In this document: one piece after another, positions 11,357-24,800 of the stretch | How positions within the stretch are numbered: position 1 is the stretch's first letter | Layout: every line of letters begins with the position of its first letter | From: Trichinella spiralis | Taxonomy: Eukaryota | Assembly: GCF_000181795.1 (NCBI RefSeq) | Contig: NW_003526941.1 | Span: 7,987,954-8,032,611 of the forward strand | Reading direction: 5' to 3' | DNA length: 44,658 bases | The notes under the pieces: model-generated | Told to the model about the DNA's origin: nothing | The model's database searches: none | What the model saw: the letters and a program-made list of their open reading frames with translations, nothing else | Made by a program: the position numbers and the translations under genes

Positions 11357-12208
11357 TTAATAATCGTCAGCAATGGTAGATTCGCCTCTCTGAGGATCGT
11401 GTCGCCAAAGCCAGCTTGCAAGCCATTTCTGTGAATGAAAAATGAAAAAAAAGTTTCGCATTAAAAATGACATTTACAAGGGGATCAATTGGATTGGTTC
11501 GAGCCAACTCTTCTAAAGCTCTTGACATTGTTGGTATGACTTCTTCTTGTAAATAATGTTGTACCTCTTCATTCCATGGAACTAATTGAACTAGAAAACT
11601 GAATGATTGAAATTTCAAACAAGAAATAAGTATGAAATTGATCGCAACCTTCTGGAAAGATGAACTGAATCTCACGACGAGCTTTGAAATAATCATCACT
11701 GGCATGCAAGCATTCTTTATCCACATGCAACTGATGATAACTATAAGTATGATGGTATGTAGACGAAATGTTGGTTGGTAAAAGTCAATAAAATTAAAAA
11801 AGAACACTTTTCAAAAGGGGCATTATCAAGCTTCTGAATGATATTTTTCCATGTACCGATTGCCCGTCGACCTTCTAGCACCATAGCAATCGCTTCACCA
11901 CTGCTCAACTGTCGCACGACTTGATCAAATGATGCACTACGGGCCATATCCATGTAAAAATCAATGCATTGTTCTTCATTCAATCGTACTATCTTTTTCT
12001 AAAAGGTAAACAAACAATTGATGTTGTTGTTATGTAAATTTTTTAAAATAACGGCAATATTTACTTTGGCGATAGTGAGATTGCGTTGGATAATTTCTTT
12101 TTCAATTTCTTCAGCTAAATGCAACGCGTTGGATTTTATCAATGCCAACGTACTTTCTAAAACTTTTCCCTCACTTTTACTCATCTGATCTGTATCTGTA
12201 CTCATCAT
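11357..12208 (-). CDS. NME5: Nucleoside diphosphate kinase homolog 5-like (NDK domain + Dpy-30 domain)
   Basis: ESTLALIK, EQCIDFY...LSSGEAIAMVLEG, CLHASDD...REIQFIFPE, then Dpy-30 motif YLQEEVIPTMSRALEELARTNPIDPLKWLASWL. Five exons with GT-AG introns. Confidence 0.88.
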
Positions 12209-12456
12209 GCATGCAGGAATAAAACTGTTGCGCGATGCGCTTTATTTATTATCAATCTTCGCCTGCTTATCATCATCACCATCACAACAGCAACGGTTGG
12301 TTGTCATGGTAAAGAATTTGATTTACTTTCAATTTCAATTTTTCATTTTATACTTTCTGCAGAAGAAACAAACTATATATGTTATTATATTTAGAACAAT
12401 CATTTCAAGCAATCAGTAATTCAGTCGTCGTCGCAGATATGAATGACATCCGATCA

Positions 12457-13529
12457 TCAAATTTCTATCAATTCTTTGTCGGTATTTTTTAATACCCAAT
12501 TATGGCTACAGATTTGCAATGCTTCCCATTCAGCTTTGAATGCCTGACGTGGATCATGAGGAACAGTATTTGCCGACATAGTAACCTGCTCTTGCATTAA
12601 CCGTGCTTGATCAGCAGCTTAAAAATATTAAATACCATAACATACAAAAGACAGATAAGATTTTAAAGGTGAAATTATTTCATCATCAATTGTAAAATTT
12701 ACCATTGTCTTCTCCTAAAATCAACGCGTACATACTCCTCAAGCCGAATACATTCAAAAAATACCACGACGCAGAGCTGACCCAAGATGCGTCGAGCGAT
12801 GCCAATGCTATACCATGTTGAAGCATTGGCTTGAAGCGAAGTGTCAATGGAAATGGTACTTTAGCTAAAAGAATATTTTTTTAATAATAATAATTATTAT
12901 CAAGTTTCATGTAAGTCACTGAACAAAAACTACTTGTAACAAAGCCAGAAAATGTCCAATTAATCCAACCACCGATCACAAGCATTGGAATAACATTTAA
13001 CAAATTTCCTTTCAGCATGTCAGTCATTACGGACGGATCTAAACAATTCTTCATGGCTAATTGCCTATATTTCATTAAAATGAACAAAATTTAATCTAAT
13101 CTACAATACAAAATAATGCCTACAAATATAAGTGTAGTTGTACTAATTCAAAAATATACCACTCATAGGATTGACAACTGGGCTTTGTCGTTGTTGAGCC
13201 ACTTTGAAATAGCCATTTTCTTCATCGTTAAAAAACTGCTTTCTCATTAGAAATGAATGTTTCGATAAATAACGGCCATTTTCTCGCAAAAGCCGACTTC
13301 GCACTAATGCATGACTAAAATTTAAAAAATTAAAGTCAAAGCAACAACAATATACTGTATTATATTATTTTCCCTGTTACCTATCTTGAATTTGCTGCAA
13401 GCCAATTTCTTTTTTCGTGTGAATCAGTATTGCCAAATAATGTCTTACAACGCCAATCAAAAATGTGAACAGAACGATCGGTACGAAGACCCAAGTTCTT
13501 ATAGAAGGATCAAGTAGCAACTCGACCAT
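12457..13529 (-). CDS. EMC3: ER membrane protein complex subunit 3
   Basis: [93 protein letters not shown]. Confidence 0.97.
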
Positions 13530-13697
13530 CTTAATAAATGTAAAGATTCAGCTACCTCTACTTTAAACATTATTATATCATGATGAGATACATTAATAAA
13601 GTCCGTCAAATACGGATTGGTACTCAACAAATATGAAACAATGATGATTAATCATTTTTTAAGAAACAAAAACATGTAAAACATATATCATGCAACA

Positions 13698-14325
13698 CTA
13701 ATAAAAAATATGCCCAGATTGGCTACTGGAGTCATCCATTTGCATAACACGGCCAAGACCCTAAAACACGATTTTCCATCAATAATTAAACACATAATTT
13801 GTATGTATGGATACGTACGTAAACTAAAAGAGAAATGTGAGCTTTGATTGATCCAATAACTGCCAACTGCTTCTTGGAAAGCATTTTCAACAATTGCAAT
13901 CTTTCATTAATAACTACGTCTGCCTCGTCCAGTGTAAATTCCACAAACGTGCCGCAGCCCACATCAATGAAAATGTGATTTGGATCATTTCTGAAACGTT
14001 TATAGATGAAATTGAAAAAAAAACTGTCATGGCACTCAAGTATTTTAATTACACCACAGCTTGAGCGAAAAATCCTAAACCCAGATTCACTTTCATTTTC
14101 AGCTTCTTCAAAGGTCGAAGAGACTTTATAACCGCAATGGATTGCAACAACAGCTGATACTCGCAAATATCATCTAATATTCGTTGGTGCTTTTCTTGTT
14201 GTTCTCTACAAAAGAAAGTAAGAAAATTCAAAAAATTTTTCAAAAAAAAGTTACCTTAAGTCTGGCTTCAGCCTTTCATTGATAAATTTTTCTATAGCGT
14301 GGACTCGCGACATTTCAACTTCCAT
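13698..14325 (-). CDS. UXT: UXT prefoldin-alpha-like protein
   Basis: IEKFINERLKPDL...EYQLL...MKVNLGLGFFAQAVV|NDPNHIFIDVGCGTFVEFTLDEA...IKAHISLLVYGL. Four exons. Confidence 0.9.
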
Positions 14326-14466
14326 CTTTTCAGTTTCTATCAGAAATATCTTTAAACAATACAAAAATTAACCAACAAATAATATATATATATATGTCGT
14401 CAGTCACAAATATACACGCAAGTCTAGTCAATGAAGTACACGTTTCAAAAAATTTACTAAATGTAA

Positions 14467-16815
14467 CTAATAATAGGACATATATAATTCTTCATGCACG
14501 CAAGTAAATAAAAAATCTTGATAATGAGAAATGAATTCAGTTAATTCAACACGTGTCAATCCATTATAATACATGATATCTTCAAGATGATGCTCGCCGT
14601 CAAGAAACGAAATAATCTTGGCAAACGTATCTATTCGAATTTTGCATTCATTGTTTTTGATAATATAAAGTATAGCATGACGAGGAATGAAATTCAACAA
14701 TGATGAAACAGTTTCCTGAGATAAATCATTTAAAACACTTTCGTCTAGATTTTCTTGAGGTATCCAATCAACGTTTAAGTATACATAGGTGTGCAGTTGA
14801 ACAATCAGACGATGCTTTAAAAGCCATACTAAAATTGCAACTTTTTTTACTTTTTCGTCATTTTTGAATCCATCTTCTGGAAGTAAATAATCTCGAATAA
14901 TGAGAGGAGAGTTAAATTTGCTCAACATCACTGCCAATTCAACACGAAATTGAAGGGCGAAGCGCTTTTGAATGTGCTCACTAAAAATTCTTCATTATGT
15001 ATAATATCAATACATTTTCCATAATAACTGAATATATAATCTTTGTTCAAGGTTTAATAATTAGAACTATTAATATCATTACTAAAATACTATCTCAAAC
15101 ATTAACAGAATACTGTAATACCTAACTCAATAATGCAGGTACAGTATGCCAGATAACGTGAAGATATATTAGTTTTTTTTAAGTATTTTCACAGTTCATG
15201 GCATAGTACAGCATTTCAAATGACAGTACAGCTTCCGTCAAATATTCATTTACTGCATGCTAACTTACTTTGCCAAATCAGCAGTTCTCGATACAATGTA
15301 AGTGTTGTTTTGCGCAATTGGATATACCATTATTGCTTTTCCCCAGTAAACAAGATGTTCAGCAAAGCGAAAAATCTAACATAAATGTTTTAAAAATTGA
15401 AAGCATTTTTAAAAAATTCATATTTACTAAAGAAAGGTCCATTTGCAATTCTTGGCCTATTGCTTGCAAATTTTTCAATGGCGATACAATTTGTAAAAAG
15501 TGGCGCATAGCACCCGCTGCATTTGGAAACATATTGTCCATAACTGTGCGTGACCCTTCTAATAATATCATTGTATGATAAGGCCTGAAAAATGCTTTAA
15601 TCAATTGCAGTTGTTAGTAAATGAACAACAGCTGTTTACTTTATCAGTATTGTACCCTGAGATAAAGTTGTCTATAATTGAAATTAAATTTTATACAAAA
15701 CAATACATTTAAAACAATTTTCATATTACATGTAATGAAAACATTGGTTTCTTAGTAGTAACGGTTGACGATTCCAGCAGCTGGCAACCAATATCTAACC
15801 AGCCATTAAAACGCAAACTAGTACAACCATATTTAGTTAAGCTAAATCAAATAATATTAATAAATGCAAAAATATAATAAATATAAAAAAGCAATATGCA
15901 ATACTCGACAAATATATTTCTCAACGTGAACGCAAGAGTTGACTTTTGCCAAATGTATTCTTCAGTAACCTCAAATACATCTGTAATTTCAACCAAATAT
16001 CAATTAATGAAAAAAAATTTAAATAGAAAATGTACGAACATTGATTTTGCCATTTTGAAACGTCTTGACATTGCAAAATAATTTCCATCTGATTAGACAA
16101 ATACTTTGATTTCAATTCATCCTGTTTGATGCCTTTCGATATTTTCTCAACAAAATTAGCATAACTGTCAACAACGTTTTTGGGGGCAGTTGCCTATAAA
16201 TAAAAAAATAAATGCAATATTAAATAATCAAATTGCATGAATAATTTCAATCTAAAAATTTTTTCCATCCATGATATTTGAATTAAAACATACTTGAATA
16301 GCAAAAATAACATTATAAAGCAATATGTTTGGCAATTCTTCATCTTCGCATTCTGCATTCAGAGAATTCAAAAGAACAGGATAACCAATGAAGCGAACAT
16401 CATTAATTTTAATATGCATCCTTTGATCACACATTTTTGGCAACACTGTAAAAAGGAATGCCAAAATTTCATCATCAAAGCCAAAAAGCTTTCCATCTTT
16501 TATTGAAGTTTTGCTACAAAACAAATAAACACCCACTAAAAGTGATTAGCAAATAAAAAATTTACTAATTGTGTTGATGCCACGTGGTTCCGGATTCGAC
16601 AACAGTGTAAGGGCTATGCATCACCTGATCTGCAAAAAAAAAACTTACGTGCATATGACAAAAATTATTATAATTGAAATACTTCTTTGATTTGGTTTTT
16701 TCTCATTTTCCAAAGGTGGATACATATATAGCATGCGATCCTCTTTTGGGGTTTTTACTACAATAAATAAGCTCAGTGGTAGAAAATCTTTTGGCACAGT
16801 TTTTGGTACTTCCAT
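14467..16815 (-). CDS. NPRL3: GATOR1 complex subunit NPRL3
   Basis: DRMLYMYP, FGFDDEILAFLF...IKINDVRFIGYP, RPYHTMILL, HLVYWGKAIMVYPIAQNNTYIVS, WLLKHRLIVQLHTYVYL, FLDGEHHLEDIMYY. Confidence 0.93.
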
Positions 16816-17804
16816 TCTAAAAAAATTATTTTAAATGTTGAAATATCGATAAATAAAAAAATTTTTAATTTCAGATAAAAAATTATTAAACTGAAAAAAC
16901 AATGCAAACTGAAAATAATAGGTTATCTGGACAAATATACAAAAATGACAAGAAGGCGAATAAATATTTTCATAAAAAACAAACGTACGCTGACCTGCAT
17001 TGTGGATTACTGTATCTGAGAAATAAAATTTTTTGAATTTTGTATTTAAAAAATGAAAAATTAAAAATACTATTTTATAATTTTTTTATCCTTAAAAAAA
17101 TATATATCGATTTTTCAAACATTATTATCAAATAGAAAACATTAATCGATGGTCATTGTATATCGACGTTTCTGTTAATGGATGTTATGTGATGTTGATG
17201 AAATTCATTTGGTCATATGTGAAACTCTAAAAAAATGCTATTAATCTTACTTTCATTTTACTGTCTGCACATTATTGTTTACATAGTGTAAGAGCTGTTG
17301 TATTTTGAGAAACAAATTTGTGTGCTTGAATTGCTTGCATTTCTTTTAATTCGAACACATTATTGAATTTCAAACAAGAAATGCTTCCATTCCATTGCAT
17401 TTGGTGACGAAGAATTGCCCATGACAAGTAATGTTTTGTGTTTATGTTGCTTTATGCCGAATGAGATTATCAGATTAATGATGCAACATTGAAGAAAACA
17501 TTGAAATATTGACAATTAAAAAATATATATTTTAAATTTGTTTTGAAAATTTAATGTCTTAGTTAGTCAGTTGAATTTAATGTTTTGAAATGAATTGTTG
17601 TTAGCATATTGTAAATTCTTAGCAAAAATTTTTTTTACAAATCATTGATAATCAGAAAAGGAGAAATAGTAATAGTAAGTAAGTTTATGATATGTACCTG
17701 TTTTCTACTGTAAGAACAACGCGACAGTGTTTTGAAATTACGCTGAATATAATTATAGGTAATTGCTGTTGCTGCTGTGTGTTCAAAGCAAGCGGATATC
17801 GATT

Positions 17805-20800
17805 ATGATATCGAAGTTGCTGACAGCGTATGCAAATAAAATGCTGTATCGAACTGAATTGTCTCGACATGTAATCCGATTTGTGAGGTAAATTTATTTT
17901 TCTTCTCGTAATGATAATAAACTTTTGTTGTAATAGTTTTCTAAAATTATTATTCGTATTCTATTTATTCTTATTTATCAATATTGAAAAAGTGAATAAT
18001 TTAGTAACGAAATGTTTGTCTGTTTGTTCGACTGAATAAAAATTTCAGCGAAAGGAAAAGAACAAGAACAAAATCAAATGCACTTTTATTTTTTGAATTG
18101 GCAACAATTACAGCAGTTTATAAAAAACAGATATGAACAATATAAAACCACGGCGACGGGGCTTTTTTGTTTATTTATAAAATTATTTTTAAATATTGAA
18201 GTTATATATATCAGTGCCAGTTGATAAAAATGAAGTTTTCGACCTTTCACCAGGAAAGATGGAAAAAATTTTACGGGTCATTCAACCGTGAGCTACTGAA
18301 TAATGTTGTAGGTGTGGCTTTGCCAATTTTCTTTATACAACTCTACTCGACATATTTTTAAACTGGTTCCTCAGAGTGCCCATTTAATGCATTTTTAAAA
18401 TCAAGGTTTATCTGCCAATCTATTTCTAGTTTCTGACCAAGATGAAAGCGAAGCTCGGTGATCGTCTTGAGTTTTCACAGCGCTCCAGTGAAAAAATTAA
18501 TAATAATCGGTCGGTCCGCTTTAGATTTTCTCACTTTATTGTTTGCTTTTTTCTCTTTTATAATTAATGTAAATGCAATTTGTAATCTTATCATTATGCA
18601 AATTGGTAAATTGAATGCGTTGAATTTTTTACATTTACAGTGACCAAGAGCCGCATGATTTGGCATATCAGTTTTTGGAGCGCAGCAAAATACCCACGAT
18701 GCATTTTCAAGACGGTTTGCCACGTTTGCCAATACCAAAATTAAAATATACCTGCCAAAATTATTTAAATGGGATCCGTCCTTTTTTGAACGATGAACAG
18801 TTCGATGCTGCCAAAAAGCTAGTCGACGATTTCCGTCACAGTTCCGGAGAACGTTTGAATCGCGAATTAATACTTTGGTACCGTCGTAATAAGCACACAA
18901 GCTACATAGCAGGTTTTTTTTCTTTATTCTCTCTTTTTTTACGTTCTCAAATATTATTATTAACATTCAACTTTACAGAACCCTGGTTTGACATGTATTT
19001 CCGATACAGAGCTGCCTTGCCAATCAACCAAAATCCATTTCTAGTCTGGAAACCGTACAATGAAAGTTTTAATAATGATCAAGTAAATAATTTTACAATA
19101 TTTGATCGATAATTTAAGAAATTCAGGTATTTGTGTACTGTAGTTTTTTAAATTTCTGTCGTGACGCGAATCGAACTGTTGAACAATTTGTAAAGCAGTC
19201 CGTTTATTTAAAAAATTCCACATTTCAAAATGTTACTGTTTTTAACAATCTTAATGCGATTGACAAACTAGTATTATTTATCATATGCAAAATTAATGAG
19301 AATCATTAACAGTTGAATTGTATTTTGCATGATTAAATCTATTGTGATTTGATTGCCTGATATAATAATTGACTTTTTTTTAGTTTGTTGAATGTTTAAA
19401 ATACCAAAAGAATTTTCGAAGTCATTGTTGAATATTTTCTTTTTTACGGAAGAATAAAAGTGTCAAATGTTAAAATAATGTATTTAAATTATACATGCAA
19501 TAAAATTTATTTAGGTGTCGATATGTTCAGGCTGAAATTATTTTTAAAATTATAATTGATGGTTAAATTCAGCTTTCGGTTGCCACCAACATTGTTATAT
19601 CTGCATGTCGTTTCAAACGTTCATTGGACTACAACTGTCTCCAACCAGAAGTGTACCATTTGCATCCGAACAAAAGCAACACTCCATTTTTCAGAAATAT
19701 TTGCTCGTAAGAATAATATTTTATTGCAAGCGTGTTTGTGTATTTGTTTGTTTGTTTATTTATTTGTATATTTTAGAAGACTTCCCGGAAAATTAGCTTG
19801 GTTGATTGCTTTCTTGATGAAAGCTTTTCCATTAGATATGTCGCAGTATTCGTTTTTGTTTAATACAACGCGTATTCCTGTCATGATTAAAGATCAATTG
19901 AATACGAATCGTTCATCGAAATGTATTATTGTTTTACGTCGTGGCTATTTTTACAGCCTTACAGTATTCCGTAAAGATGGTAAAGATTATTATAAGGAAA
20001 TTTTAATTCTTTTTCATTGTTAATTGTTGTTCAGGTAGTTTAATTTCGCCCGCGGAAATTCATGCTAGTTTGGAATATATTTTAAAAGATAATCGGCCGG
20101 TGGCAGAAAATCCTGTTGGACTGTTGACAACGATTGGTCGTGAACAGTGGTCATTATTGCGAAGTCAGTTGTTGATGATTGATGGTAATGAGCGTAGTTT
20201 GTTGACGATTGACGGTGGTCTTTTTGTGCTTAATTTGGATGAACTGCAATCCGTTGATCCTGAAACTGTTGGTAAAAGCTTTCTCCACGGGGATGGGATA
20301 AACAGGTGGGCTTTTTGTTGAGTCCATTGAAAAAGGCATAAGATTATTGTTCATTTTTAATTAATTAATTTAATTTAGATGGTTTGACAAATCCATGCAA
20401 ATTATTGTACATGCGGATGGTTTGGCGGGTGTGAATTTTGAACATTCCTGGGGTGACGGAGTTGCCGTGTTACGTTTCATGGAAGATGTTTATCGTGATA
20501 TTAGTTTGAACGCTTGGATCAAGCCAGGCCAACCGACTGATGCATCAATTGATTGTAGCGAATTTGTTGAAAAGCTGGGTATGCTTTTTTGTTGAGTTTT
20601 GTTGTTTGTTTTATTTTTGAATTTTAATTTTTCTGTAGAATTTAAATTGACCAAACCAATTGAAGAGGCAATAAAAGTTGCCGGTGAAAATTATCGTGAA
20701 TGGTGCGATTCGTTAATGTTGAGAACGTTGCAATATCAGGCGATGAATCGAAAATATTTGAAAGAGAACAATTTGAGTCCGGATGCGATTATGCAGACCG

Positions 20801-21416
20801 CCATTCAGATTGCATTTTATCGGCTGCATTCGAAATTCGTCCCAACTTACGAATCGTGCAGTACGGCCGCCTTCAAGCATGGGCGTACGGAAGCTGTAAG
20901 ACCGGCAACTATGGCTTCAAACGAATTTGTCCAAGCGTTGCTTGGATCTGAACGAAATTTTGCCCAACTCCGATTACTTTTGGAAGCATGTTCCAAGCAG
21001 CATTCATTATTGGTAAAGCAGGCTGCGATGGGTAAGAATTAAAGGATTTTGAATTCAATTTTTTAATATTTGATTTGTTTGTTTAATGCTTAGGTAAAGG
21101 TTTTGATCGACATTTATTTGCGATGAAAGTCCTAGCAGAACGACGTGGAGATAGGCTTCCGGATCTTTTCATCGACGATACATATCGAACAGCGAATCAC
21201 TTTACTCTGAGCACGTCCAGCCTTTTCTCGGATGTCATACTTCTCGGTGGTTTTGGTCCGGTGGTTCATGATGGTTATGGAATTGGTTATTCAATAACTG
21301 ACGAACAATTGGGATTTTTGGTTACCACTTACCGACTCAAACGGAACGCGCAACAATTTTGCACATCATTGGAGCAAAGTCTCAACGATATTCGTATGGT
21401 TTTGGAAAATTCTTGA
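17805..21416 (+). CDS. CPT2: Carnitine O-palmitoyltransferase 2, mitochondrial
   Basis: IPTMHFQDGLPRLPIPKL, FPLDMSQY, NRWFDKS, catalytic FEHSWGDGVAVLRF, TYESCSTAAFKHGRTE, GKGFDRHLFA, GGFGPVVHDGYGIGY. Putative exon 1 17805-17887 (MISKLLTAYANKMLYRTELSRHVIRFV, presequence-like) is phase-compatible with the acceptor at 18640 but is tentative. Confidence 0.95.
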
Positions 21417-21752
21417 ACGAATTATCACTTTTATAACGTAATCAGCACATGCAAACATGCAAACACAATGTATGCATGTATTGATTAGCGCTATTTTTGG
21501 AGAAAACAATTCACTTTCTTTCATTTCAATGAGCTTTCATCAAATTTGGCTGCAATGTGATGATTAGTTAAAGGGGAAGATTTACGGAAGAAATTGTTAT
21601 GATTATTAATTCATTTAATTAAATGATTTTTTTCACAAATTTGTTTTATTTTTTATTATTTCTTTTGAAAGATTCTTTTTTCTTTTTCAAAAATATTTTT
21701 CACTATTCATATGTGCATATTATTATATCAATAATTTCCTAGTTTGGCGTAA

Positions 21753-22991
21753 ATGTTGGCTATTAGACGAGCTTTACTTAAAAATCGCTGCTTGTTTAAT
21801 CAAACTAATGCAATCAGTGGAAAGAGCACATTTGCTAAAAATGATGATGCAGCAGAAAACAATTCTAAAACTACTGAGCCACCACGGTAAGAACAACGGA
21901 CGTTTGTTTCATTATTATATTTCATGTAAACTGATGAGAGGTGATTATTTATTTTATTTTATTTTCAAGATGGACTCCTAAAAAGGCTTGGAATGAATCA
22001 CTGGCTAGCCAGTATTACATTACTGAAGAAGGTAAAAGCATGCGTACTTCGGTTACTACTGTTCAAGCGACGATGGATGAGAAATATCTATGCATAACAG
22101 CTTACAACAATTATGGCTTTAGATTGTCAAACCAGAGTCAAGTAATTGGACCGATGATTGTTTTTCCACAGGCTGCATTATCATGGAAAGTGAGTATGAT
22201 AAGCAGAAATATTATTCTTATCCAGGCGCATACATAATACTTACACAGGTAGCAAGTCCAGACGAAATTACTGAGGAATCAGTATCTATGCTTCGTTTAA
22301 TTGAGCCGAAACCTGGTTAGTAATTCATATTTTATCTTATTTTTTTAATGCTAATATTTACTTATATAAAATTTCTATATGAATATTTCATCAATATTTT
22401 GGTTTTATACTTTAACGAATTCATTAAATAAGATGTTCAGCGAAAATTTTAATGATTACAATTAATTGCAACTTTTACACTTCTTCAATATTGCTTTAAT
22501 GATAATTTTGTTTTTTTTTCAATAGATTTGGTTTTGATTGGTGCAGGAAATTCAGAAGATGTTGCACAAGTAAATGGAAGATTACAAAGTTTTTTTCGAA
22601 AGAATTGTTTGAGTGTTGAAATTATGTCTACAGTACGTATGCTTTTATAATAATGATAATAATATTCTTTTCATTTATTTTTTTTATTTGTAAATAATTT
22701 GCATTATTATAGCCCGATGCTTGCCCGTTGTTTAACTATATGAATGCGGATGGACGTTTTGTAATTGCTTTGCTTTTTCCTGTTAGGAAAATGCCCAAAG
22801 CTGGTTTAATAGCGTTAACTTCAAATTTTGATCGTGCATTAGCACATGAAATGGATTCGGACGTTTTAGCAACACTTGCTGGTGTTAAAGCGAAATCAAT
22901 TCCACATGCCGTTAAACAGCTCGCATTTGATTGGAAAGAACAGCAAGAAGAACAAAAAGAAATTGAAAATATTTTGAAATCAAAGAAATGA
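21753..22991 (+). CDS. NDUFAF3: Complex I assembly factor NDUFAF3 (Mth938-like domain)
   Basis: Presequence-like MLAIRRALLKNR. ITAYNNYGFRL...VIGPMIVFPQAALSWKV...EPKPDLVLIGAG...VEIMSTPDACPLFNYMNADGRFVIALLFP. Confidence 0.9.
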
Positions 22992-23503
22992 TTCATTTAT
23001 TAATTAAAGTATGCGTAACAATTTTTAAGAGAAAAATGCAACGTTAAAATACTGTACTGCATATTATTAAAACACTGTAATATTATGATGTGTAGTTTAT
23101 TGCTTTTTTTTGATTTTATTAAAGTTATTGGTTTTATATTAAGTAGTTGTTAAATTCGACGTTGATTTCTACAGATTAATGCGGTTTAAAATTTATATGA
23201 ATTGTATATTTTTTAAATCAAATTACAACAATCTTGATTATCAATACTTGTAATAATTATTAATTAGTCATGATTTTCTGATTTTTCTTTCTGTTTTGCA
23301 TGCTGAAAATTTTCATATATGTCTTATCAAGGTAATTCCTGACAAAATAATAATTATTCTTTTTTTTAGCTTTAACCTAGTTTTAAATGAAAATCAAGAA
23401 TAATACTGTAGCAAGGAATGTTATCTGCACCATTTTCAAATTTTGATTTTTCAGATTACGCGTGATCATTTCTTGATTTCAAAAGTGCTGCTGAAACACT
23501 ACA

Positions 23504-24542
23504 ATGAAAGACCTCCTACAATCTATTTCCGTCCACTCATGCGTTATTGGTTTGACAGGCTACATGTTTTTTATTTGCTTGAAATATCAAACGCTGTTTT
23601 CACTGCATCCATTTTGTATGACTGCTGCGGTAAGTAAAATTTAAAATACTTGTTGACCTAGTTAATGCTGTGCATTGTTTATTGAAATGTGTTTGAGTTT
23701 TGTGGTGAATTTTTGGTTTTTAGTCTTTCTTGTTTATAAAATTATACACACAGTGAACCGTTTTACAGATAATATTTGCATTTAAACAATTCAAAAATAG
23801 TTCGGTTTTGCCTCATTGACAAGCATTTTTTCTTTTTTATTTGTTTTCAAATTTTTGGTCATATTTAAATCTAAATTCAAATTCTGCTACTGAAGCTGTA
23901 GCACATGTACGATAATGCAAAAGTGGGCAAATGAATGAGTTTTTCCTAAATGATATTTGTCAGAAGAAATTGCATTTGCACTACAGTGAAAAAATGTTCC
24001 TTCATAATTTCTTTTTCCATGACTGTGATCACTGAATGACCCCATTTTAGTATGTACTGTTGTTGACTGAAGCGGCGTTTGCATTCTATGGGAAATATTC
24101 GCTTATACCACGCAATGCTGCATTTCATGGATGGGTTATGCTTTTAGCGAACTTGTTTTCACTAGTTGGCTTTATTTCAGTTTATTTGAACAAAATTTAT
24201 ATGAGCAAATCTCATTTTACTTCATATCATGGCCAAATTGGTTTGGCGGTTATTTTCCACATGATATTTCAACTATTTATGGGCATTATGTTGCAGTTTT
24301 ACAGTAAATTTAAAGCGTTAATTTTTGTCCCTTATCGTATGTTGCGAACATTTCATCTGTTGTCTGCTTTATTGTTGATTTCAACCAGTTTGTTAACGGT
24401 GCTTTTGGGTTTTCAAAGTTTTTGGTTTGCTATAACTGTTGGAAACGTCTGTCGTTTCCTTTTCTCTTGCTCTTTGCTTGCTCTGGCTTTTCTGACACTC
24501 CCTAAATTGTACGCGAGAAGTGTTGTTCGACTTACTGCTTGA
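23504..24542 (+). CDS. Cytochrome b561 domain-containing protein (CYB561D1/D2 type)
   Basis: Exon 1 23504-23629 (LFSLHPFCMTAA) joins exon 2 from 24051 (YVLLLTEA). Four putative heme-ligand His residues: LHPF, FHGW, SYHGQIGL, TFHLL. About six transmembrane segments. Confidence 0.87.
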
Positions 24543-24800
24543 ATGCTTGCTTCCTATCTGCTTAATGTAATAAATGCCTAATAAAAAGAAACGGAAAATT
24601 TGAGCGAAATGGACTTTTGCTCATATTTAATTTTTCTCAGCAGAATTTACTGTTCTATTGTTGTTTTATAATTTTTTTGATTTCTACGCAAAGTAAATTG
24701 GATATTTATTTATCAAGTGAAAATTTTCAAGAAAATCTATGAGAAATTAATTGTATTCATATACAAACAATGTACAAGAGATAATATCTACGTAATATAG

